DNA of 64,000 nucleotides, taken from assembly GCA_943788915.1 (NCBI GenBank), contig CALSSD010000021.1, positions 1-64,000 on the forward strand. The letters are read 5' to 3'. This stretch comes from an uncultured Acidimicrobiales bacterium (lineage in GTDB: Bacteria; Actinomycetota; Acidimicrobiia; Acidimicrobiales; UBA10347). A program made the translations under genes and the position numbers. A model generated the notes under the pieces. The model was not told the DNA's origin, did not search any database, and saw only the letters and a list, made by a program, of their open reading frames with translations. Positions 40,051-49,689 of this stretch are shown here, one piece after another; positions within the stretch are counted from its first letter, which is position 1; every line of letters begins with the position of its first letter.

Positions 40051-40072
40051 ACTCTGACACGGGGGTACGACA
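40051..40072 (-). promoter_or_regulatory. RecA-NDp/PafBC-like DNA-damage promoter, leaderless
   Basis: TGTCGT-ACCCCCGTGT-CAGAGT-N7-ATG versus consensus TGTCGG-N10-TANNNT (two mismatches). Confidence 0.5.
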
Positions 40073-40329
40073 CTGCCGATCCGTGTTGACCTCCTCAAGC
40101 AGCGGACCCGGCGCCCGCAACGGATAACGAGAATCCGTTCTTTGCGTCCGTCTCGCTTGCTCGTTGGTCGCATTGTTGGCGAGTGGAGCATTGTTGCTCA
40201 TGGGTACCCGACGTCAGAACCATGTGCACCGCTGATTCTGCTCGCGGTCTCGAACCGGCCGGTACTGAGACCAACGACCGCCGCCGACCGTTTCCGGACA
40301 CCCCCACGTGCGCCATAGGCTCGCGGCCG

Positions 40330-41514
40330 ATGCCCACAACCTCGTCACCGACCCGATCCGTGGTTATTGCCACGTTCGCAACGGTCATGCTTGCTGCGGC
40401 CGTTGCCCAGGGGTTTGGCCGGTTCACGTTCGGTGTCGTCTTGCCCGACGTACGTGAAGACATCCTCGGCGGCTCGAATAGCCTCGGCGGCTTCGTTGCT
40501 ACCGCCAACACGTTTGCCTATCTCGTCGGCGCCCTCATGGTCGGATCGCTGTCGGCGAAGGTTTCGGCGGTCAATTCGGTGCGCATCGGGCTTCTCTTTT
40601 CGGTCGGCGGTTTGGCAGCAGCCGCAGCCGCACCCAACACCGCGATACTCACACTTGCCATGATTTCCATGGGATTCGGTGGCGCAGCCATCTGGATTCC
40701 AAGCCCCGGAATCACGAGCGCTGTCGTGGCTCCCCATCTCCGTGGACTTGCTGTTGGGTTGACCGGCTCAGGGGTTGGTTTGGGCATCATCTTTAGCGGC
40801 CAGCTCAACGGTCGACTCGTGGCTAACGGCGGCGGTTGGCGCGACGTTTACACCGTGCACACCGTTATCGGTCTGGTCGCGATTGCACTGGTATTTCTCG
40901 TGTTACGCCAGCGCCGCAGTGAGGCACAACCAGCCGGAGGTTTTGGGGGCTTCGCGGTGTTGCGGACCCTCGACGGATGGAAACCCATCACCGGGTGTTA
41001 TTTCATCTACGGATTCGGTTACCTGTTGATCCTGGCGTTTCTGACCTCGCGACTTCAGGACGACAGCGGCTTCAGCGAGTCAGCAGCGAGCACCATCTTT
41101 GCCGTGACTGGCGGCTGCACCATCTTTGGCGGCGTGGCGTTGGGCCGTATCTCCGACATCATCGGCCGCAGGTGGACGCTGGTCGGCTCGTTCCCATTGT
41201 GGGCAGCAGCGGTCGGCTTGATCCTGACCGGCGAGTTGGCCCTGGTGATCGTGGGCGCGGTCATTGTCGGTTTCCTGTTCGGTGGCATCCCATCGGTGAT
41301 CGCTGCCTATCTGGTGGACCGCACCGACGCCGCTACCTATGGGCCGTCGTATGCCGCAGCGACCTTTGCATTCGGTGTGGCCCAGGTATCGTCGCCTCAG
41401 ATTGGCGGTTTCATCGCCGACTGGCGAGGGTCGTTCACACTCGTGTTCGTGATGTCCGCAGTCGTGATGAGCAGCGGTGCACTCTTCGCGTGGGCATTAC
41501 CCAGCGGCAGCTGA
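40330..41514 (+). CDS. MFS transporter (YbfB/YjiJ-like)
   Basis: AQGFGRFTFGVVLP, ANTFAYLVGAL, GRISDIIGRR, about 12 TM segments. Confidence 0.88.
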   Translation: MPTTSSPTRSVVIATFATVMLAAAVAQGFGRFTFGVVLPDVREDILGGSNSLGGFVATANTFAYLVGALMVGSLSAKVSAVNSVRIGLLFSVGGLAAAAAAPNTAILTLAMISMGFGGAAIWIPSPGITSAVVAPHLRGLAVGLTGSGVGLGIIFSGQLNGRLVANGGGWRDVYTVHTVIGLVAIALVFLVLRQRRSEAQPAGGFGGFAVLRTLDGWKPITGCYFIYGFGYLLILAFLTSRLQDDSGFSESAASTIFAVTGGCTIFGGVALGRISDIIGRRWTLVGSFPLWAAAVGLILTGELALVIVGAVIVGFLFGGIPSVIAAYLVDRTDAATYGPSYAAATFAFGVAQVSSPQIGGFIADWRGSFTLVFVMSAVVMSSGALFAWALPSGS

Positions 41515-41549
41515 GCGGCTGACAGTCGCTCGGTTGCGGAGCGTTCGTT

Positions 41550-42393
41550 CTACCCCTCGACGGTCATGGGCGCATCGGCATCGCCAACCCACTCTTGAAG
41601 ACTCGCCGTGTAGACCGCGACATCGTGGAAACCAAGCATGGTCTGCACAAACGCCGCAGACGACGCCGCAATCCCTCCACCGCAATAGTTCACGATCCGA
41701 GCGGACTGATCGTCGGGGAATCGCGGGCGCAGTTCAGCAGCAGGCAGGTAACAACCGGTCTCGTCATCAAGCAACGCGGTAGCCGAAGCGTTGCTCGCGC
41801 CGGGGATATGCCCTGGCCGACCGTACGCGTTTACTTCGCCACTGAAACTGGCAGGTGACAGTGCGTCGATGAGACACGTTGATCCATCATCGATCGCAGC
41901 AAGTACATCGGCTTTGTCGGCGATGATCTGAGGACGCTCGTGCACCGTCAACGTGCCTTCGGCCGGAGCGTCGAACGCCGTGGTAACCGGCCGGCTTTCC
42001 GCTTTCCAGGCCTGAAGGCCTCCGTCGAGCAGTGCCGCGTTGTCGAAGCCGATCCAGCGCAACATCCACCACACGCGTGCAGCCCACATGGCCCGGTTGT
42101 CGTCGTACAACACCACCCGGCTGTCGTCGGACACCCCGAGCCGCTGCATTGCATCAGCGAACTCCCGTGCCGCCGGAAGCGCATAACGCAAACGGCTCGA
42201 CGCGTCGACGAGGTCCTCGTTTCAGATCCGCGAAACCGGCGCCAGGGATGTGGCCTTCGGCCCAGTTCTGGCGACCGCTCTCGGAGATGAAGCCGTTGTC
42301 GCCCATGCGGAGAAACACCGTGCAGTCGAGCACTACCAGATCGGGCGAACCCAGTTCGTCCTGGAGCCATTGTGTCGATACCAGTTGTTCCAT
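41550..42393 (-). CDS. Tandem-rhodanese sulfurtransferase (SseA/MpsT-like); frameshift near 42213
   Basis: LVSTQWL, GHIPGAGFADL (ORF 42154..42393) joins DLVDASSRLRYALP...AARVWWML...GHIPGA...NYCGGGIAAS (ORF 41550..42191). Confidence 0.85.
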
Positions 42394-42426
42394 GCACCGA
42401 CGTTAGATGGCCTGCTCGGGCACCTT

Positions 42427-43683
42427 CTATTCAAGCGTGGCGTAGTTGGTCGAACGATCCCCAGCCTTGGCCGCACCGACTTCGGCCACACATTCGTTGA
42501 GCGCCTGAATGTAATCGTCGATCACACCGGTGTTGGAGTTCGAGACGGTCGAATGCAGATTGTCTGGTGGCGTCTGGCGGTCGTGGAACCAGCCCCGGCT
42601 TGCCAGCGCATCGGCCAACGCAAACATGTCGATCGGGTCGGGGTCGTCGGGATGAGCACTCATCGCGATCAAGTGGAGACCGCCGTCACCCAAAACCTTC
42701 AGCCGATCGATCTCGGCGATACCGGCACGCATCTGGTCAGCGTTGGCCAATGTGGTCTTCACCAGGTCTACATACCCGTCGATGCCCAAGAACTGCATGA
42801 CGGCCCATGCCGCAGCCATCGGCAGGCCCGAACGGGTTCCCTGCAAGTTCGGCGATGCGTAGAAACCCCCGAGCCAGTCGTCGAAGACGAACGTCTGGTA
42901 ACGCCGCAGTTCTTTGGTGCGGTGCAGGATGACCGACACACCCTTCGGGGCATAACCGAGTTTGTGAATATCGGCAGAAATTGAAGTGACACCTTCGACC
43001 CGGAAGTCCCACTCGGGAATATCACGGCCGAGCATCTCGGCAAACGGCAAGACGAAACCGCCCATACATGCATCGACATGGCAATTGGCCCCGACCTCTG
43101 TCGCCAACGCAGCGATGCCAGCGATGTCGTCGATGACACCCTGCGGGTACTGCGGCGCTGAGCCCACAACCAGTGCGGTGTTCTCGTCGACCAGATCAGC
43201 CATGGCGGACACATCGGCGGTCCAGTCATCGAGAACGGGAGCCTTGCGCACCTCGAGTCCGAATAGGTAGCCGCCCTTGTGGAAGGCAGCATGCGCCGCC
43301 GCTGACAGAACGATGTTGGGTTCGGTCAGCCCTCGTTCGGCTCGGCCTCGTTCGCGGGCTGCCTTCACCGCAACCAGAATCGATTCGGTGCCGCCGCTTG
43401 TCAAGAACCCTGACACGGTGTCGGGCCCGTTCAGAAGCGACCCGGTCCAGCCAACAACCTCGGACTGGATGTCGCGCAACGAAGGAAACGCCTTGGTATT
43501 GAGCGCGTTCTCGTGCAGGTACAACGAGGCTGCTCGTTCCGCGACCTCGCGCACTTCGGGGCCACCGTCGTAGACCATGCCGAAGGCCCGGCCGTCTTCC
43601 CACCGCACATCGCGATCGCGTTTCGCGACCAGCGCATCGATGACGTCGTCGGCTGATTGCCCGGTTTTGCTCAGTCCTGTCAT
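42427..43683 (-). CDS. PLP-dependent group II decarboxylase / sphingosine-1-phosphate lyase-like protein
   Basis: TSGGTESI, AHAAFHKG, GSAPQYPQGVIDDI, HVDACMGGF, SISADIHKLGYAPKG, GTRSG. Confidence 0.85.
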   Translation of the reverse strand: MTGLSKTGQSADDVIDALVAKRDRDVRWEDGRAFGMVYDGGPEVREVAERAASLYLHENALNTKAFPSLRDIQSEVVGWTGSLLNGPDTVSGFLTSGGTESILVAVKAARERGRAERGLTEPNIVLSAAAHAAFHKGGYLFGLEVRKAPVLDDWTADVSAMADLVDENTALVVGSAPQYPQGVIDDIAGIAALATEVGANCHVDACMGGFVLPFAEMLGRDIPEWDFRVEGVTSISADIHKLGYAPKGVSVILHRTKELRRYQTFVFDDWLGGFYASPNLQGTRSGLPMAAAWAVMQFLGIDGYVDLVKTTLANADQMRAGIAEIDRLKVLGDGGLHLIAMSAHPDDPDPIDMFALADALASRGWFHDRQTPPDNLHSTVSNSNTGVIDDYIQALNECVAEVGAAKAGDRSTNYATLE

Positions 43684-43755
43684 AGGTCGACCTTACGTGA
43701 CGTGTGATCTCCCCCTTGGGAGATCACCATTCGTGGCGTGGCGCGATCTTGTCCG

Positions 43756-45348
43756 ATGAGCGATGATGTGACCATGACCACATCAACGACTATTGGTGAA
43801 CTGATTCGGATCCACGCCGAGGAGCGTCCCGACAAGGTTGCCTTGTTGCAGGACGACTACTCGCGCACCTACCAGCAGCTCCATGACGAGTCCAACCAGG
43901 TGGCACAGGCGATGCTGGCCGCGGGTGTCGGAAACCAGGACCGGGTCGCGTTCTTGGACAAGAACGTGCCCGAGTACTTCACCATGTTGTTTGGTGCAGC
44001 AAAGATAAATGCCGTCTCCGTTGCGGTGAACTGGCGGCTCGCACCGCCGGAGATGGCATACATCCTGAATCACTCAAAGATCAAGGTCCTGTTCATCGGC
44101 GAAGAATTCCTCGATCATCTCGCCAAGATGGACCTCGAGGGTGATCCCACCATCGTCGTGCTCGGCGCGTCCGATACCTATGTGACCTACGAAGACTGGA
44201 TCGCCGGCCAGCCGGCCATCGATCCCATGGTGCCATCGGCACCCGATGACACGTGTTACCAGCTCTACACCTCGGGCACGACCGGCCTTCCCAAGGGTGT
44301 CGAGCTCACCAACAACAACTTCTTCGGCATGATGCCCGTCGCCAGTGAGATGTGGAGCTTCGATACCGACTCGGTGAACCTGGTCGCCATGCCACTTTTC
44401 CATATCGCCGGCAGTGGCTGGGGAGTTGTCGGGCTGTTCAACGGCGGCACCAACATCTTGATGAAAGATGTCGACCCGGTAGCGATTCTGGACATCATCC
44501 CCCAACACCGCGTCACCAACGTGTTGTTCGTGCCGGCCGTCATTCAGTTTCTGCTGATGATGCCGAACCTCGCCACCACCGACTTCTCCAGTCTGCGGGC
44601 GGTCATATACGGGGCCTCACCAATCACCGAGGACGTGCTGGTCGGTGGCATGAATGCACTCGGTTGCGACTTCCGTCAGGTCTATGGCCTGACCGAAACC
44701 ACCGGTGCTGTCACCCAACTCGAGATGGAAGACCATGACCCGGGCGGTCCTCGCGCTCATCTGCTGCGTTCCGCTGGCAAACCAATCCCTGGCACGTTGT
44801 TACGGATCGTCGACGAACATGGCAACGAACTTCCCAACGGTGAAGTTGGCGAAATCTGGGTCCATAGCACGCAGAATCTCAAGGGGTATTACGCCGATGC
44901 CGAAGCAACAGCCAAGGCCTTTCCCGAAGGTCGCGACGAGAATGGCATGGGCTGGTTCGCCACCGGTGATGCTGGTTATCTGCAGGACGGCTACCTGTTC
45001 ATCCATGACCGCATCAAGGACATGATCGTGTCTGGTGCCGAGAATATCTATCCCGCCGAGATCGAGAACGCGCTGATGTCACATCCTGGCATTGCCGACG
45101 TCGCCGTCATTGGTGTGCCCGACGACAAATGGGGCGAATCTGTCATGGCAATCGTCGTGCGGGCGCCCGAGGCCGAGGGCACATCCGACGACGAGATCAT
45201 CGCGTACTGTCGAGATCGGTTGGCTGCTTACAAGATCCCTCGGTCGGTGACCGAGATCGCAGCCCTACCCCGCAACCCCAGCGGCAAGATCCTGAAGACG
45301 GAACTCCGCAAGCCCTACTGGGAAGGCAAAGAGCGCATGGTGAACTAG
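43756..45348 (+). CDS. Long-chain fatty-acid--CoA ligase
   Basis: YTSGTTGLPKG, YGLTET, TGDAG, DRIKDMIVSGAENIYPAEIE, PRNPSGKILK. Confidence 0.92.
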   Translation: MSDDVTMTTSTTIGELIRIHAEERPDKVALLQDDYSRTYQQLHDESNQVAQAMLAAGVGNQDRVAFLDKNVPEYFTMLFGAAKINAVSVAVNWRLAPPEMAYILNHSKIKVLFIGEEFLDHLAKMDLEGDPTIVVLGASDTYVTYEDWIAGQPAIDPMVPSAPDDTCYQLYTSGTTGLPKGVELTNNNFFGMMPVASEMWSFDTDSVNLVAMPLFHIAGSGWGVVGLFNGGTNILMKDVDPVAILDIIPQHRVTNVLFVPAVIQFLLMMPNLATTDFSSLRAVIYGASPITEDVLVGGMNALGCDFRQVYGLTETTGAVTQLEMEDHDPGGPRAHLLRSAGKPIPGTLLRIVDEHGNELPNGEVGEIWVHSTQNLKGYYADAEATAKAFPEGRDENGMGWFATGDAGYLQDGYLFIHDRIKDMIVSGAENIYPAEIENALMSHPGIADVAVIGVPDDKWGESVMAIVVRAPEAEGTSDDEIIAYCRDRLAAYKIPRSVTEIAALPRNPSGKILKTELRKPYWEGKERMVN

Positions 45349-45358
45349 ACCGCAGCCG

Positions 45359-46282
45359 CTACGCGATGGCCCCCGTCGGGTTTGGGCCGTTATTTCCTGT
45401 GTTTCCTGCATCCACAGATGCATCTGGCTGGCGGGCTCTAGGGGCGTAGTCCTCATGGCCAGGATCAATCGGTTCGGCATCCCACAACTGCACCTCGGCC
45501 GGGTCGCCATAGAGCAGCTCCGCCGGGCTCTTCTTCTCAATGTTGCCGGTGAGGCCGCGGTACATGCCCAGCCCACAGAGCTGACGTAACTCAGGACTGA
45601 ACGTAGCCATGACCTCGGTCGGGATTCCTAGTTGCTGATTCTCTTGCTGGCGGATGAAGCCCGCGCAATAGTTCATGGCGATACCGATTCGAACCTCGTC
45701 GGCAGTCACGTTGGCGCCGCCGCCATGCCACGTGCTGCCATGCCACACCAACACGCTGCCTTTTGCCATCTCGGCTGGGATGGTGTCGACGTTGGCATCG
45801 CCGGCGAAGTAGTCAGGGTTGTCCCACAGATGGCTGCCCGGCACGAGCCGGGTGGCCCCGTTTGCTTCGGTGAAGTCGGTGAGCGCCCACATGGAGTTAC
45901 ACACGGTCGCAACATGTGGCTTGACCAGTGGTTGCACCTGATCGTCGGCATGGATCACCTGCGCGGTTTCGCCTGGCCCGAGCGAGATCGATGCCAGGCT
46001 CGACACCAAACACTCGGGGCCGAGGACACCTTCGATGAGCTCGAGCACAACCGGGTGCGGCGGCACCTTCTGCCAGATCTCGCCGTAGGCCAACAGGTTG
46101 TAGGTGCGGGTTGTGCGATTGCCTTCGAAGCGGTTATCAGCCGGCCGACTGTCGAGCTCGGCTTCGAGGCGTTCTACGTCCTCGACAAGGGCATCGATCA
46201 GTTCAGGCTCGATGGCATTTTCGACAATGGTGTAACCGTCGTCGGCGAGTTGCTGATGGTGCGGGGCCAGGTCGATAGGCAT
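45359..46282 (-). CDS. Fe(II)/2OG dioxygenase, PhyH family
   Basis: DGYTIVEN, IHADD, WALTDFTEANGATRLVPGSH, WHGGGAN, RQQENQ. Confidence 0.9.
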   Translation of the reverse strand: MPIDLAPHHQQLADDGYTIVENAIEPELIDALVEDVERLEAELDSRPADNRFEGNRTTRTYNLLAYGEIWQKVPPHPVVLELIEGVLGPECLVSSLASISLGPGETAQVIHADDQVQPLVKPHVATVCNSMWALTDFTEANGATRLVPGSHLWDNPDYFAGDANVDTIPAEMAKGSVLVWHGSTWHGGGANVTADEVRIGIAMNYCAGFIRQQENQQLGIPTEVMATFSPELRQLCGLGMYRGLTGNIEKKSPAELLYGDPAEVQLWDAEPIDPGHEDYAPRARQPDASVDAGNTGNNGPNPTGAIA

Positions 46283-46312
46283 CCCTTCACCCTAGTTACC
46301 TATGGTGGCCAG

Positions 46313-47083
46313 ATGGATCTTGCATTACGCGGAAAACGCGCTTTGGTCACCGGCTCATCAAAGGGAATCGGGTTAGGCGTAGCCGACACCCTGGCCGCCG
46401 AAGGTGTTGACCTGATCCTGGCGTCGCGCACGGAGGTGAACCTGAATGCTGCGGCCGACCAGATTCGCGAACGACATGGCGTCGACGTAACCACCGTGCC
46501 GTGTGACCTTTCCAAGTCCGACGAACAAGCCCGCCTGGCCGAAATAGCGCTGTCTGGCCCCCTCGACATTGTCATCAACAATGCCGGCGCAATCCCCGGC
46601 GGGTCGTTGAACTCGGTCGACGAGGACACCTGGCGAAAGGCATGGGACCTCAAGGTGTTTGGTTACATCAACCTGACCCGACTGCTGCTCCCCCACCTTG
46701 AGGCCAACCGTTCGGGCGTGATCCTGAATGTGATAGGCGCGGCAGCAGATCGACCAAGTCCCGGATACATCGCTGGAGCAGCTGGCAATAGTGCGCTGGT
46801 TGGTTTCAGCAAGGCCATTGGTTCGACGTCGCTCCGCAACGGGGTTCGGGTGTTGTGTGTAAACCCCGGTCTGACCATCACCGACCGCATGACCGACATC
46901 TTGCGCGAACAGGCGGGCGCCAAATGGCATGATCCAGACCGTTGGGAGGAACTGATGCCTGATGACCCAGCTCCCGCCACCGTCGCCCAGGTCGCAGACG
47001 TTGTGGTGTTCCTCGTGTCTGACCGTGCTGGCCACGTGACAGGCACCTCGATCACCATCGACGGCGGCAACAGCAGCCGTTGA
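46313..47083 (+). CDS. Short-chain dehydrogenase/reductase
   Basis: TGSSKGIG, NNAGAIPGG, WDLKVFGY, atypical YIAGAAGN. Start MDLALRG after TATGGT-N6. Confidence 0.88.
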   Translation: MDLALRGKRALVTGSSKGIGLGVADTLAAEGVDLILASRTEVNLNAAADQIRERHGVDVTTVPCDLSKSDEQARLAEIALSGPLDIVINNAGAIPGGSLNSVDEDTWRKAWDLKVFGYINLTRLLLPHLEANRSGVILNVIGAAADRPSPGYIAGAAGNSALVGFSKAIGSTSLRNGVRVLCVNPGLTITDRMTDILREQAGAKWHDPDRWEELMPDDPAPATVAQVADVVVFLVSDRAGHVTGTSITIDGGNSSR

Positions 47084-47168
47084 GTTCGCAGTCAAAGGTG
47101 CAACCGGTTTACCTCGGCTGAACGCTCCAGAGGACCACCATTGTTGGCCCGGCATACTCGGTATTCTC

Positions 47169-48455
47169 ATGGAGCGTCTACCGCCGCTAGCACGACAGCT
47201 GAGCCGTCGCGAGTTCGTGGCGGTCGCTGCAGCGCTCGGTCTCGGCAGCGTAGGGGCATCGTGTAGCTCCGAGAGCTCCTCGGTGGCCCTTACATCGGAG
47301 GTGGCAGCAGAATCCGGGTCGGTTCCTGACCCGATCGACTATGTGATCAGCCGGTGGGGCAAAGACCGTTTTGCCCGTGGCTCCTATTCATTCCTTGCCG
47401 TTGACGCCAAGCCAGAGGATCGTGCGGTCATCGCCCAGCCGACGGGCGGCAGGCTGTTCTTCGCTGGCGAAGCAACCCACTCAGACTTTCCGGCCACCGT
47501 GCATGGGGCGCTGCTGTCGGGTCAGCGGGCCGCAGCGGAAATCATCGCTGAAGACGTCGAGTCGGTGATCATCATTGGCGCAGGTGTAGCCGGGCTCGCC
47601 GCTGCCAAACATCTTGTCGCAGCCGGACGTGACGTTCAGGTCCTTGAGGCGCGCGATCGAATCGGAGGCCGCGTTTGGACTGACCGCTCGCTTGGTGTCC
47701 CCCTCGATATGGGTGCTTCATGGATCCATGGTGTTCGCGGGAACCCGTTAACCGATCTCGCCGACGAACTGGATATCAAACGGGCAACAACCGACTACGG
47801 CAACCACATCGTGCGCGACGTTCAGGGACGAATCGTTGATGAAGACGATCTACCCGATGACTTCGAGGTCGTGACCTCGATCGAACACGAGTACGCGGCC
47901 GATCGTGCTGAGCTCTCCCCCCAGGCCGACGATGAGGGCGAAGAGTTCGGCGGCGGCGATGTCCTTTTTCCCAACGGATACTCAGCGCTGATACAAGGCT
48001 TGGATACCGGGTTCCAGGTCAACCTCGGGGCCGAGGTTGACCTAGTCGACACGACCGGACCTAGCGTCGGAGTCCATACAGCTGATGAAATATTCGCAGC
48101 AGAAGCCGTACTTGTCACGGTGCCTCTCGGCGTGCTCAAGGCAGGCACAATCAACTTTGTGCCCGCGTTGAGTCCAGCCATGCTCGGAGCGATCGACCGA
48201 CTCGGCATGGGGCTCCTCAACAAGGTCTATCTGCGCTTCCCGTCGGTCTTCTGGGATGAGGACGCAGATCTCATTGGCTACGTCGGTCCGAAGCGGGGTT
48301 ACTTCGCGGAGTGGTTGAACATTGCCAAGTACACCGGCGAGCCCATCCTTGTGGGATTCAACGCATCAAGCGCTGCCGACGAGATAGAGGAACTCAGTGA
48401 TGCAGAAATCATCACTCAGGCGATGACGGCGCTTCGCAACATGTACGAAGGCTGA
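47169..48455 (+). CDS. Flavin amine oxidase (MAO/PAO family), circularly permuted, with Tat/lipoprotein-type signal
   Basis: SRREFV + hydrophobic stretch + GASC. Then the normally C-terminal RWGKDRFARGSYS...LFFAGEAT...TVHGALLSG comes BEFORE the normally N-terminal IIGAGVAGL...LEARDRIGGR. Confidence 0.85.
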   Translation: MERLPPLARQLSRREFVAVAAALGLGSVGASCSSESSSVALTSEVAAESGSVPDPIDYVISRWGKDRFARGSYSFLAVDAKPEDRAVIAQPTGGRLFFAGEATHSDFPATVHGALLSGQRAAAEIIAEDVESVIIIGAGVAGLAAAKHLVAAGRDVQVLEARDRIGGRVWTDRSLGVPLDMGASWIHGVRGNPLTDLADELDIKRATTDYGNHIVRDVQGRIVDEDDLPDDFEVVTSIEHEYAADRAELSPQADDEGEEFGGGDVLFPNGYSALIQGLDTGFQVNLGAEVDLVDTTGPSVGVHTADEIFAAEAVLVTVPLGVLKAGTINFVPALSPAMLGAIDRLGMGLLNKVYLRFPSVFWDEDADLIGYVGPKRGYFAEWLNIAKYTGEPILVGFNASSAADEIEELSDAEIITQAMTALRNMYEG

Positions 48456-48478
48456 CCGTACGAAGGCTGACCGTACGA
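48443..48478 (+). repeat. 15-bp tandem repeat, 2.4 copies, spanning the amine oxidase stop codon
   Basis: GTACGAAGGCTGACC at 48443-48457 and 48458-48472, plus GTACGA at 48473-48478. Confidence 0.9.
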
Positions 48479-48594
48479 TCGCCCAGACCCACTCGACCAC
48501 GTTCCCGTCTGCCGGGAAATGGCCACACCATCACGATGTGCCTACTTCAGCGGCGCAGCAAGTCACCATCAGCGACACCCCGATAGCCTGCCGC

Positions 48595-49641
48595 TCACCA
48601 AACAAGACGGGCGACGATTTCACCATCCTCGATTTCGCCGGTGGGCTCGAAGCCCATCGACAGATACAGCGGCCCTGGTGAGCCGACCCCAGGATTCCAT
48701 GTGACCGTGATTGACTCACTTCCCCATGCCTTGGCCTGTTCGATCACGACGTCGAGTACCTTCTTGCCGATTCCTCGGCGTTGGTGCAACCGGTCGATCA
48801 AAAGCCGCCACAGGTGAGGCTCGGGATTCGCTTCGGTTGGTTCCTGCAACATCACGAAACCAACCGGCTCACCATCGGCGTGAATCACACGAGGCCAGGG
48901 CACAACCCGGGGGTCTCCAGGATTTCCCTCGAAGCCTTCTTCGTAGGGAGGCACCGCGACCTGGGCCAGCGAAATCACGATCGGGGTGACCATCCGCTCT
49001 TGTGAGCGATGTGTTCCGAGTTCGATGACCTGACGCAGACCGGTTGGGTATGGCTCCACAAATTCGATTGTCGAAGGTCGGGTTCGTGGTCGCTCGTTCC
49101 ACTCAACGCGCTGCGCCGGGGTCATACCGTACAGCAGGTCATCGGAGACCTCGTCTTCGATCCAACAGGCGTTCTTCGCATGGCCTTCGTAGACGAAGCC
49201 ACACGTCTCAAGGACCCGAGCCGACCGGTGATTGTCAGGATGCAACATTGCGTAGGCGCGTGAAATGCCCTCTATGTCGAAGAGCCAGTCGATCACGCCG
49301 GCAAGTGCTTCACTGGCGAAACCACGACCCCAATACGCGGGCGTGATCGAGTAGCCGATTCCAGAGGTACGTCCGTCGTCTTCGAGGAAGATGTTGATAT
49401 CGCCGTAGATGATCGAGTCGGCATGATCGGTAATGGTCAACATGAACCCGCCTTCAACCGACGGCGTGTCGTGAGCTACCGACCGCTCGATCTGCGCCTC
49501 CGCTCGCTCGAGCGAGTAGGGCATGGGCCAGTCCTGTAGCTCAGAGACAACCGGGTCGGCCCGGCGCTCGAACAGCGCACGGGTATCTGACACGCGAGCC
49601 GGCCGCAGGAGTAGCCGCTCGGTCGAGATGGGTGTGAACAT
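48595..49641 (-). CDS. Tandem GNAT acetyltransferase (RimJ/RimL-like + SpeG-like domains)
   Basis: TERLLLRP, YWGRGFASEAL, NHRSARVLETCGF; second domain LWRLLIDRLHQRRGIG, LYLSMGF. Confidence 0.85.
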   Translation of the reverse strand: MFTPISTERLLLRPARVSDTRALFERRADPVVSELQDWPMPYSLERAEAQIERSVAHDTPSVEGGFMLTITDHADSIIYGDINIFLEDDGRTSGIGYSITPAYWGRGFASEALAGVIDWLFDIEGISRAYAMLHPDNHRSARVLETCGFVYEGHAKNACWIEDEVSDDLLYGMTPAQRVEWNERPRTRPSTIEFVEPYPTGLRQVIELGTHRSQERMVTPIVISLAQVAVPPYEEGFEGNPGDPRVVPWPRVIHADGEPVGFVMLQEPTEANPEPHLWRLLIDRLHQRRGIGKKVLDVVIEQAKAWGSESITVTWNPGVGSPGPLYLSMGFEPTGEIEDGEIVARLVW

Positions 49642-49689
49642 CTGTCCAGTCTCGCACCGCGCCCCGCACCAGCGTCACGATTTGTTCGT

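Noticed and set aside
45632..46312. Long N-terminal extension of the SDR ORF 45632..47083 (similarly 11813-12175 and 17826-18161)
   Set aside because: Overlaps real genes on the opposite strand or in another frame; high-GC open-frame artefact.
48443..48478. CRISPR array or Sec readthrough at the amine oxidase TGA
   Set aside because: 15-bp head-to-tail units without spacers; readthrough meets a second TGA five codons later with no redox motif.
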